Assembly: GCA_003344405.1 (NCBI GenBank)
Contig: NOWV01000162.1
Coordinates: 124,001 to 179,823 of the forward strand
DNA: 55,823 nucleotides
Reading direction: 5' to 3'
From: Trichoplax sp. H2
Lineage: Eukaryota
In this document: in pieces, positions 25,001-35,395 of the stretch
Layout of the letters: each line of letters opens with the position of its first letter
How positions within the stretch are numbered: the stretch's first letter is position 1
Program-made: the position numbers and the translations under genes
Notes under the pieces: generated by a model
The model's input: the letters and a program-made list of their open reading frames with translations, nothing else
The model's database searches: none
What the model was told of the DNA's origin: nothing

Positions 25001-28000
25001 CCTTGCTTTTGAAAGGATATCTCTCCCTTTCTTTGAATTAATAGATAATATGATGGATGAGTGCTGTTTATTCATGCATATACTAATGCAACATTTACTT
25101 TCAAATCGTCATTTACCCTTGCTTTTGAAAGGATATCTCTCCCTTTCTCTGAATTAATAGGTAATATAATAATATTTTATCATATTAATGATGACTATTT
25201 ACGTATTCTAATTTTCTAGCTACCTGGTGAAGGTGTTTATGTAAGATCAGTAGAAGATGCAAAAGATCACGCTATCTTAGATGATGATGATCTAGTTAAC
25301 GAAGTCTTGGACGATCGTGATATGGTAATTGCAGCTAGTTTGCTAATTATATTTCATATCAACCACTGTCGTAATACTTGATAAGCTTTATCATTCGATA
25401 TAACTGAATTGATGGTACTGATTTGAATTAGGTCATTGCTAACTATGAAGAAGACCGACCAGGCCGCTATGCTGGGCTTAATGTCACTGATATTCCAAGT
25501 GCTTCGTCTAATGGCACAGCTAGCCCTGAAATGTTTACTGCAGAAATAAATCATATGCCTCGCAATCTTAACTCGATTGTCGGTATGTTACCGTGTTCAT
25601 TTTTCTCGTAATAATTATAATCGTAAAGATATGCAGTATGTTGTTTTGAACGTAGTAAAAAAAGTACTATTAGTGTTAGTGTGATTCAGTTTAAAAGGAG
25701 TTACTTTTTAATGATATAGATCACCAGATCGATAACGGAAATGAACCAAACAACCAAGGCGCCAAATTTACTAATTCAACTAGCACTCCCGTAGACAATT
25801 CGGCTACAGACGATGATCGATTTACAAAAGGGCTAACTTCAAGAAGGTCACTAGGATTAAATCACCCAATGTTATCTAACTGGGCTGAGGAGCAAGATCG
25901 TAAATTAACAGAAATGGAAGACAGAGGAGTATGCATTGGATACATTCTTTTACTATATTTAAAACTATATTATCTATGTTTTCAGCATAAAATACCGTAA
26001 ACAACCCAATTTTTATAACTATTTTACTTGCATCATATAGGAAAATGAAAGCAATGATAAAAATATTAAGGAGCCTAGTACTCACTGTAAGCTCATTTGC
26101 ATCATTTAAGATATTGCTTTTATATTATTATCTTAATTCTGTACAAGATGGAAAATAAAACTGAAATAAGTTCAAGAACTTGGTAGTAATTTCATATTTT
26201 TAATGTATAGATGATGGAAGTCATGATAGATCTAGCGGGACTAGCGATGACGAAAACAAAGGAAAGATATTAGATAAAATTGGTTAGTTACGAAGTACAG
26301 ATAGCACCATAATGAATTATTTTTATCTAAAATTAATAGAATCAGTTTAGAAATTGATACTTAAGTAGATAACCGTACCCCGTGTAATATGTGCAACAAT
26401 TAATTTGTTAGGTAAAACTATCATGCCATTATCTGCCAATACTAAAAGGATTGGTAAAAGAGTTACTATCGATTTAGTTAAAGGTAAGAAAAATCCTTAT
26501 TTGTGAATAGATACGATTTAGATCAATCAGAATTACTTGCAAATGTATTATAATTTAATCGAAGTAATAGATCGTTATAAAATGTTATTGTTGTGATTAT
26601 AATTGCTGAAAGAGAGAGAATTTCGCATTTATATTGGTAGCATCTTTTCTTGAATTGAAGATTCAATTTTACTTTGAAGTAGTTACTGAGATCAACAGTA
26701 TTCGTATTAGTAGCTACAATATTTTAATTTCGTTGTACTTTATTTCGTTTAACTGTAGGTGAAGAAGGGCTTGGTTTTACTATAACGAGTCGTGATAATT
26801 CTACAGGAAATGATAAACCAATCTACATCAAGAAAGTAGTATCAAAGGGTGTAGCAGCAAGAGATGGTCGATTAAAAATTGGAGATCGCTTATTAGAGGT
26901 ATTGCTGACGTTAATTTCATCGTCTCAGCAATTTCTGGATTTTAGTATTTCTGGTGCTAATTAAGTAACGTTCCTTAAATTAGTATTATATTACTATTGA
27001 TATCTAACACTGTGACAAAGTCGAAAGAGGCCACTATTTTCAGTATTGCAATTAAATGAAATAATCAAAGTTATCTATTATCAATCTGGTGTCCTTTAGG
27101 TTAATGATATGGATGTAGTTAATAAGAGTCGACATGAAGTCGTAGCTCTACTCAAAAGTTGTATAGGAGTTGTAAGATTAGTTGTGTCAAGACAAGATGA
27201 TCAAGAAAATGAAGATACTGCAGTAAGTGATCCCTCTTACAATTAAAATGGTTATTTTCTTACTTATAAATTTCTAATTAGATCACTTATTATCAATTAG
27301 GTATCAACAAGTAATCAAGTATCATCTGAAGATGTTTCGCCAAACCAACCAGTAGTAGTTCCAGAACCACATGAAATTAATGATAGTTCACCGAATCCAG
27401 TTAGTTCAGTCACTCCTATGTCGTCCTTAGAGCCATTGCCTACTCCTAATGATCATGCTTTTACTGAACCAAAACCTGCACCGATTATTCCTGAAGATTT
27501 TCAAATGCATACTGAAATAATCCAGGTTAAGCTAAGAACGTCTCCTGCAGGTGGATTAGGCATCAATGTGAAAGGGCGTATTTTGAATGAAGATAGTTCA
27601 TCGCCCACCGGCAGAAAGGATGCTGGTATTTTTATTAAAGCAATTATGCCCGGGAGCGCAGCAGACCAGGTATTGCTAATATCAAAGAGTTACATTTCAT
27701 ACCGAAATTATTATAAACTTTAGCTAAAATAAAAATATTTAATTAAGAACATCACTAGTTACATAGCCATTAAGAAATGATCTAAGAGAGAACTGATATA
27801 ATCATTGTAATTGAATATCTATTGCATCTATTGCAATTTATAAATTTGAATATATCTTAAAACTTAGAGTCGTTATTTTTATTTAGGATGGCAGGTTACT
27901 AAAGGATGATCGTGTCATAGCGGTTAATAATATCTCGCTAAATCATCTTGCAAATGACGAGGCTATGTCAACTTTAAAAGCAATCATGAAGGATGCCATA

Positions 28001-30492
28001 GAGAGGGCAGGATTTGTTACTTTTGCTGTTTTGAGGCATACTGGAACACAAGTCTCCATGATCAGCGACACTATGGATAGTAGCCATTTACTTTCTAATC
28101 CATCACAAGATACATATTTCAAGAATAGTCACCCCGAAGACTTTCTAGATGATGTGGTCTTTACTAATGATAGCCATCTTCCATCTCCTTTGAAAAATTA
28201 TATTACTGATCCTGTAATCAATGATGATCCACGCAGCGTTCCACAACAACCAAAATCTTTTAACCCGGCAGCTGATTATGCAAATGCGACATTATCTGTA
28301 ATTCCAACTGATCCGGAACAAACTGATAGCTATCACCATCTTTCTAATCCTAACACTTACGATGTCATGGACAGCCCACTGCCACCTGAAGGTTATCGGG
28401 ATTCACCTCAAATGGTAGAAATTAGCAATAAACCTGAGGTATCTAGTTACACAGATCATGACATACCGGATAGATCCATTTCACCTGAACCAGATGGATC
28501 GGCGTTCGCAAGAGACGCTCCTGAACGGCATTCATTTTCTGAACGCCATAGCCGTACTAGAAATGCTCAAGATATACCATTCTTTCAAAATCTAAAAAGT
28601 GCTGCTAGGTCTCGAAGCATGGATTTGATGGGTAATGCTTCAAATACTGGTGACCAAGATCGACAAGAAGAACTCAGAAGGAATCATGACCCAATTTCAT
28701 GTAGGAATAGTTATTCCTAAATATTGAGTTAAATATGACACGCTACATACGTATACAAACCTAAGTCTGTAACAAATTGCTTACTGGCTAATTTATGGTT
28801 ATTTATTAAAATAAATTTGAATAGTAGACTCCGGTACTACATATTTACCAAATTCACAAAATCCTTCAGAATCGGAGAATCACATCAATCGGTAGGTAGA
28901 ACAGTTACAATTTTTAACTTTATAATTTGATATTAGTCAATTGTATTTATTTTTACACTTATAATCCTTTGGATATTGATTGTTATTCAACATTGCAAGC
29001 TTTGAACAATAGAATTTATTTCAGTTTAAAAGAAGGAACTAAAATTTTATTATTTTTCAATGATCTACAATTTATATACATAGAAATCGCCCATGCAACA
29101 ATAGTTTTCGCAACGCGTTGAGCGACAGACAGCCAAAAAATGGTAGAGGTCAGTTATTAAATAGCACGTTTATATTGTGTAGATATATATATTGCAGTCA
29201 TATTACATGATTATTATGACAGGATTGTGCAACACTTATAATCAAAATTAATTCAAATATGTCATAATCTTTAAAATATGCCTCGGTAATGGAATATTAG
29301 GAGAAAATCATGAACCTGTTAAAAAGGACGCGCCGCTTAAAAAGAAGAAATCCGGTTTCTTTAAGGGAATTTTTAAGTAAGTAATAAGTCATAATTTGTA
29401 ATTTATAAGCTATTGCTATTTCGTTAAAGTTAGAAATTTATAAAATCAACCGTACAAATTATAATGGATCAAATAGAAATCCTAGAGATTGTATTATAAG
29501 TATTTGGCATTTTACTTTCTAAATTAACATGTATTTTTCTGCTACTTTAAAGATCAAAGAGCAGCAAAGATAACTCCTCTAATAAAAAATCATCTCGACA
29601 AACTTCATTGCCACCTATTGCTAGAAGAATAGATCATAATTCACAAGTAGGAGAAACTAAAGAATCAGATAATGGACCTAGAAGTTATCAACCTCCACGT
29701 ACAGAACCTAATCATGTTCAAGCTAATGGCCATCACAATCACAACCACGTCAATGATAAATATTTACCAAATGGAACGCATTCACGCATTTCGAACAACG
29801 TTCATTTTAATGGCTTAGATCAAAGACCGAAACCAAACGACAGATATGATCACACAACGGATTTCAAAGATGTTAACACAGGCAGACGACCAAATCATAA
29901 TACACATCGTGAGTCTAGTCGATCTGATAACCGTTTCGAAGGCGACAGTAAACCAATGTTTCAGCGAGCGCAAGAACAACAAAAACGTCGTGATGAGGAG
30001 CGACAATTTCGTGAGAGACAAATAGAACAGCAGCGCGAATTTTCGCGGCTCTATAAGACTCCCAAGCATGCTCCATATCGTGATTTAGTTAATGGTAAAG
30101 ATAGAAATGGTCGAATTGATTCTGGTAGTTCTTCTTCATCGGCACTATCGCAGCCTAACGCTGTTAATTCACCAACACACGTTAGTAATGGTCAAGGTAG
30201 TTTAGCCTTCTCAAGTTATCGTGAGAAAAGCCAGGCTAATGATAAAATCCATGGTCAAAACTTACGGAATTCACTCAATCCTACCGCTATTCAATCACCA
30301 TGGCGTCCACCAAATCATCTTACAAAATCATATCAATCTGGCCAAGCTAACACTACACCGGAATTAATGGATCGCACAAATTATGCAAAGAAAATGCCTC
30401 GAGATGCCAATAATTTTGTTTTTAGACAGCGACAAGATGATCGAAGATCTTCAAAGAACAGCTTGGAAATATCAAGACCTACACAAGTGTAA
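22048..30492 (+). CDS. PARD3: Partitioning defective 3 (Par-3/Bazooka) polarity scaffold, multi-exon, two PDZ domains seen
   Basis: Exon 22048-22167 reads MKITVIFGEIRILVPCSSGDLRISDLIKKAVDRYRKVTKK and the exon from 25220 reads ...AILDDDDLVNEVLDDRDM (CR1 oligomerisation domain). Also seen: RRSLGLNHPML, PDZ2-like [28 protein letters not shown]...DGRLKIGDRLLEVN, PDZ3-like GGLGINVKG...GIFIKAIMPGSAADQDGRLLKDDRVIAVN, aPKC-binding-like FARDAPERHSFSERH (~28505-28549) and RPCNNSFRNAL (~29088). The last exon ends RPTQV* at 30492. Confidence 0.93.
24938..25169. repeat. 116-bp tandem duplication in PARD3 intron 1
   Basis: TGGATGAGTGCTGTTTATTCATGC.TATACT.ATGCAACATTTACTTTCAAATCG... starts at 24938 and again at 25054, with a few substitutions. 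Confidence 0.93.
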
Positions 30493-33400
30493 TCACTACA
30501 CGTAGATACTAATGCCATTGGTTATTTCTCTATCTTGTTGACTGATTTTATGGCTTATCAAAACTACTGGAATTACATCAAGTAGACAGACACCGAAATA
30601 CTATATACTTCATAAATAACCGCCAATCATTGTCCATTCTTCCATCGTCAATGTGCATCACTTTATTAGATCAATCCTATAACGGAGGTTACTCTTTTAA
30701 TTCTATGTTACATAGTAACGAAGTATTCACTACTATTTTATGGTAACTTTGTAAGAACTGTGTGGTAAGATCATTCTATATTATAAATTTTACTCGCAAT
30801 CAACAAATTAGCTCAAAGATAATCGCGAGAAATTCAGAGACATGAATGATCCATCATGTTACACTGTACGTATACCAAGTGGATCTCTTTCCAAGGCTAA
30901 ATATGAAGTTCAATTAAATCCACCATAGTAAATAGATACTTTCACAATTGGATAAGTTAGTACGGATTAAGTTATATGGAAACTATTCTACGTATTACCA
31001 AAGACCACAATATGACAAAATATTCCTTTTTTAACGGTAGGATAATAACGTACACGATTTAATTATACGTAGTAGCCATTGATCGGTCGGCTAATGTTAC
31101 GTGTTTTATTTTAAGAGTAATATGACTTATTAGGAAGACAGGTTTAATGTTTTTTTGTAATATACATACGGTTAAATCAACATTGCATCTTTCCTCTCTT
31201 GAAAATTTGAATACTTACGTGTTGACAATTATGGTTAAAATCAATCTATTTTTAACGTGAACATCTTTGTTGTTGTTGAATTTCTTAATTATCATCCGTT
31301 CTTAGTTACACACGAGTACATTGCAATATTAATAGTACATCCTGCAGCTGATTGATATTATTAATATGGTAGTTTATTATTATACTATCAAAGAAGATGG
31401 TAGTTTCTATAATGAAAGAATGAGCGTATCAATGTATTACAAGCATTAAACTTAAAGTTCAGTCAAGAACTACACTGTCCTGTTTAGTGTTTGATATTAG
31501 CTATTGGTACTCGGTCAATTAAGGTTCCGTTTTTATTTTTTACGATGGTTTTTATTATGTATCAATTATTATTTTTAAAATCCGTCCAATTTTCACTACT
31601 ACTTTTCTTAATGTATTGTATTGTATACTGTGTCTAAAATTTTCACATGTTTTATGTATTACCAACATAATAAGGTAGCGATATAACATAGGGATTTCAG
31701 CTCTTTTACATTTCTTTCTTGTTTTCTTTAACCTCGAAAAATGGTGTAAAATATTCTAATTCAGGCAGGATGAATAATTAATAATTAACTAATTAATATG
31801 ACTGTCACCTACAGAATTTCACCTTCTACTCCTAGATACCTAACCATAAGTATGGTAACAGTGGATAGAGAATTTATTTTGCTACTAGTATTAATAAATA
31901 AAATAATTTTTAATTTATATGGGCAATTCTTGAGGATTTATTCATCTTGTGAGCTACGCTGATTCCATTTTATAATCTGTGAGACTGTTACAAGAAAAGT
32001 GCAAGGCAACCTCTGTATCTTTCAATGAGTACTCGCTACTAGACGTTTTAGAATAGGTATGATAGCAGTATAAATGTACCGCAATAAATCCATTAGTGCT
32101 AGACGGTTATTATTATTTATGGTTAATTGTGATATGCAGTACGAATCCAGTATGCCAAATAATAACTATACTGTCATTTTTAGCTATCATTAAACTTAAT
32201 AACAGTTACTATGCTGGGATAGTTTATAACTTTCGTAATCGTCAATTTTTGGACAGCGTGTAACATACATGCTCGTATTCGTATATCATAGAAGTACATA
32301 ATTTGCCATTTTGGCTAGCATTTGACTTGAAATGGTTATACGAGAATATTACGAATTGTACTCAATCCTGTTTTCATTTAATCAAAATCATATTTAAGAA
32401 ATGCCTGAATAATGCATTGTAGTGAATTATCATCGATCGATATAGACTAAGTTATACTATATGTTGTCAGTTTCATGGTGACAATCTAAGCATTACGAAA
32501 ATTGTAAGACATGTCACTTTGGTGCAACCTGATTTCTGTCCATTTTGTGTCCAGCCTAACTATACTTTACTTGGCTATTAATAGCGTATAACCGGCAGAT
32601 TCTGTAAACGTCTTCATGAAGCAGTTATTTTCGTACTGTAATGATTTATGTAGATCCTGTAACGCCATTATAAAGCGGTTTCTGCAGTATTTTGATACGA
32701 TATCGATTATCATGCTTGCGCCATAAAGCTCTGAGTGTCTCGTACAGTAGGTATATAATTTGAATAATTGAGTCTTTTATCAGAATATTTATTGACAAGC
32801 TAAACTCTTGCAGAAATGAAGCTAAAACCTCTTATGATTCATTGAGCCTTAATTTCGTTCACTGTATATGGTACAGACCGGTCATGGACTACTAAAAGTT
32901 CATGGTTTCTGTTGCCTCCAATCATGCCGCAGTTAGTAACGATCAGGGAGTCCTAAGAAGGAAGAAAGAGGGGGACAAGGAACGGTCGTGCAGTGTGTGA
33001 AAATAAGAGAGCTGACCATTTTTGCCGGTCATTTTCAAGTGAACTGTCTATCTGAAACGGTACACTACAGTCTACAGTACTGTCTATAATTGTCATCCAA
33101 ATTAGCCGCTTAGGTTAATTTTAGACAGTGTGATTTAGTTGGAATAAGATTCAAATCAAGAAATTGAATAATAAAACTATACCAAATAAGCAATGATGCT
33201 GCTCACGTTGCTCTCCAAAAGTGGACAATTGGACCTACATGTACGTGTATATGTATCGTGCGATAAATCGGGTACCTATAGAAAAATGCACCACACTGCA
33301 GTATACTGTCATGGAACTGCTAGATGCACCAGATGGTATAGTAAGATGCGTTTTTTTAGTAGTCTATGGCACTATCACGATGGTGATATTTTTATTTCTC

Positions 33401-33636
33401 CATGATAACGTTGAGTTGATGTTTTTAGTCCATGTACAGTACACTAAATTTGTCTCTCTTGCTTTCTCAGTACTTATTATGTACGTTTGTGCTTCGTTTA
33501 TAGATATTCAGAAGTAATCTTCTGTAATTTTGAATGAACTTTCTGTTAGGCTAATGATAATGATCATGATCCGTTTGCCCATACATATTAACGCACAAAT
33601 AACAGTATGTTATTGAACACATTGCCAATCACATCT

Positions 33637-33936
33637 ACGTTTTATGAGTATACTGAACGCTCAATCAGGTATACAAACAGCATTTACCGGCAATGACTGT
33701 AGTCAGGGGCTTGTCGATTTTTTTCCATTTTTGCACCCAAACGTGTTCCCCAAAATCGACAAGTCCCTGCTGTAGTGTGCGTCAAAATCAATACGTTTTA
33801 TACGTATACTCCACGTTCAATCAGCTCTATTTACCGGTCCTGACTGTCGTATTGTATCCAATTCGCGACGTTTTATACTCAGCGTTCAATCAACTCTATT
33901 TACCAGTAATGACTGTTATGTCGTATGCAATTCGCG
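33637..33936. repeat. Degenerate ~70-bp repeat, 3 copies, abutting the hairpin array
   Basis: ACGTTTTAT...CG(T/C)TCAATCA...ATTTACC(G/A)G...TGACTGT starts at 33637, 33793 and 33868. The last two copies end CAATTCGCG. Confidence 0.75.
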
Positions 33937-34673
33937 TGAATTAAATTATAAATTGGTGGAGCTGCAGCATAGCACTATACAGGATTATGGATTGCAGCAT
34001 AGTACTATACAGGATTATCCGTAATCCTGTATAATGCTATGCTGCAGCTCCACCAATTTATAATTTAATTCACGCGAATAGGATATTATGGATTGCAGCA
34101 TAGTACTATACAGGATTATCCGTAATCCTGTATAGTGCTATGCTGCAGCTCCACCAATTTATAATTTAATTCACGCGAATAGGATATTATGGATTGCAGC
34201 ATAGTACTATACAGGATTATCCGTACAGGATTATCCGTAATCCTGTATAATGCTATGCTGCAGCTCCACCAATTTATAATTTAATTCACGCGAATAGGAT
34301 ATTATGGATTGCAGCATAGTACTATACAGGATTATCCGTAATCCTATATAATGCTATGCTGCAGCTCCACCAATTTATAATTTAATTCACGCGAATAGGA
34401 TATTATGGATTGCAGCATAGTACTGTACTATACAGGATTATCCGTAATCCTGTATAGTGCTATGCTGCAGCTCCACCAATTTATAATTTAATTCACGCGA
34501 ATTGGATATTATGGATTGCAGCATAGTACTATACAGGATTATCCGTAATCCTGTATAGTGCTATGCTGCAGCTCCACCAATTTATAATTTAATTCACGCG
34601 AATTGGATATTATGGATTGCAGCATAGTACTATACAGGATTATCCGTAATCCTGTATGGTGCTATGCTGCAGC
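33928..34673. repeat. Tandem array of ~101-bp units, each with a 25-bp inverted repeat, preceded by an inverted half-unit
   Basis: Units start ATTATGGATTGCAGCATAG at 33984, 34085, 34186, 34301, 34402, 34508 and 34609 (last partial). The hairpin is TGCAGCATAGTACTATACAGGATTA-TCCG-TAATCCTGTATA(G/A)TGCTATGCTGCA. Segment 33928-33987 is the reverse complement of the right arm plus linker. Confidence 0.97.
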
Positions 34674-34759
34674 AATTCACTATTTGATTGCGGTTTACCA
34701 TTGCAGTTCTGTATTGTACTGTATGTCGCACGCAAAACAATCCTGCAGCTGCTGCGCAA

Positions 34760-35170
34760 CATGCAGTACAGTACAATGCACGACTAGTACTGTGAATGTA
34801 CACTCAATCTAATGCCAGGATCTTCTCTAAAGCTTAACTGAATGGTACAGTTATTTATAAAGCTTAACTTAATGGTACAGTACAGTAAAAATAAATGAAC
34901 ACTTCTCAGAAGAGTAAAAGTGGTTGGTCCCTCCTCAGCCACCCTACTGAACATTGTTCAATGAACAGCTGCTGTGGAACATTTCTCCGGACACACAGAA
35001 AAGCCATTCAGCCAATCCACCATGGGATCGCATCAAACCGTGTACAGTACGGCATGGCACGGTACGGTACGATACAGTATTATACAGTACAGTACTGTAC
35101 AGTGTACAGTACTATCAAATTACAGTACTATGCCCGACTAGTACTGTGACTGTACTGTACACTGTACGCT
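34760..35170 (+). promoter_or_regulatory. Putative TFIP11 promoter, TACNG-pentamer rich
   Basis: Dense GTACAGTACGG...ACGGTACGGTACGATACAGTA...TACAGTACAGTACTGTACAGTGTACAGTAC runs at 35041-35167, just upstream of the TFIP11 coding start. Confidence 0.5.
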
Positions 35171-35395
35171 CTATCCAAATGTCTGGATCTTCTTCAAGCT
35201 TAGAAGTCCATGAAATGGCACTCATCGCCTACCAACGGTAATAGACTACTGTATGGCAAGCTGTAGCAGCAATCAATTTCATATGAGCCAACACGGATGC
35301 CATCGAGCTATTGATGGAAAGTATTCAAGCTGCATGCATGCACTCAAATAATCTCATCAGTCGCTCAATGACCGTGGTTGGAAACACTTGGTAGA

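Noticed and set aside
33984-34673. CRISPR array (regularly spaced palindromic repeats)
   Set aside because: The linkers are essentially identical rather than unique spacers, there are no cas genes, and the context is intron-rich eukaryotic DNA.
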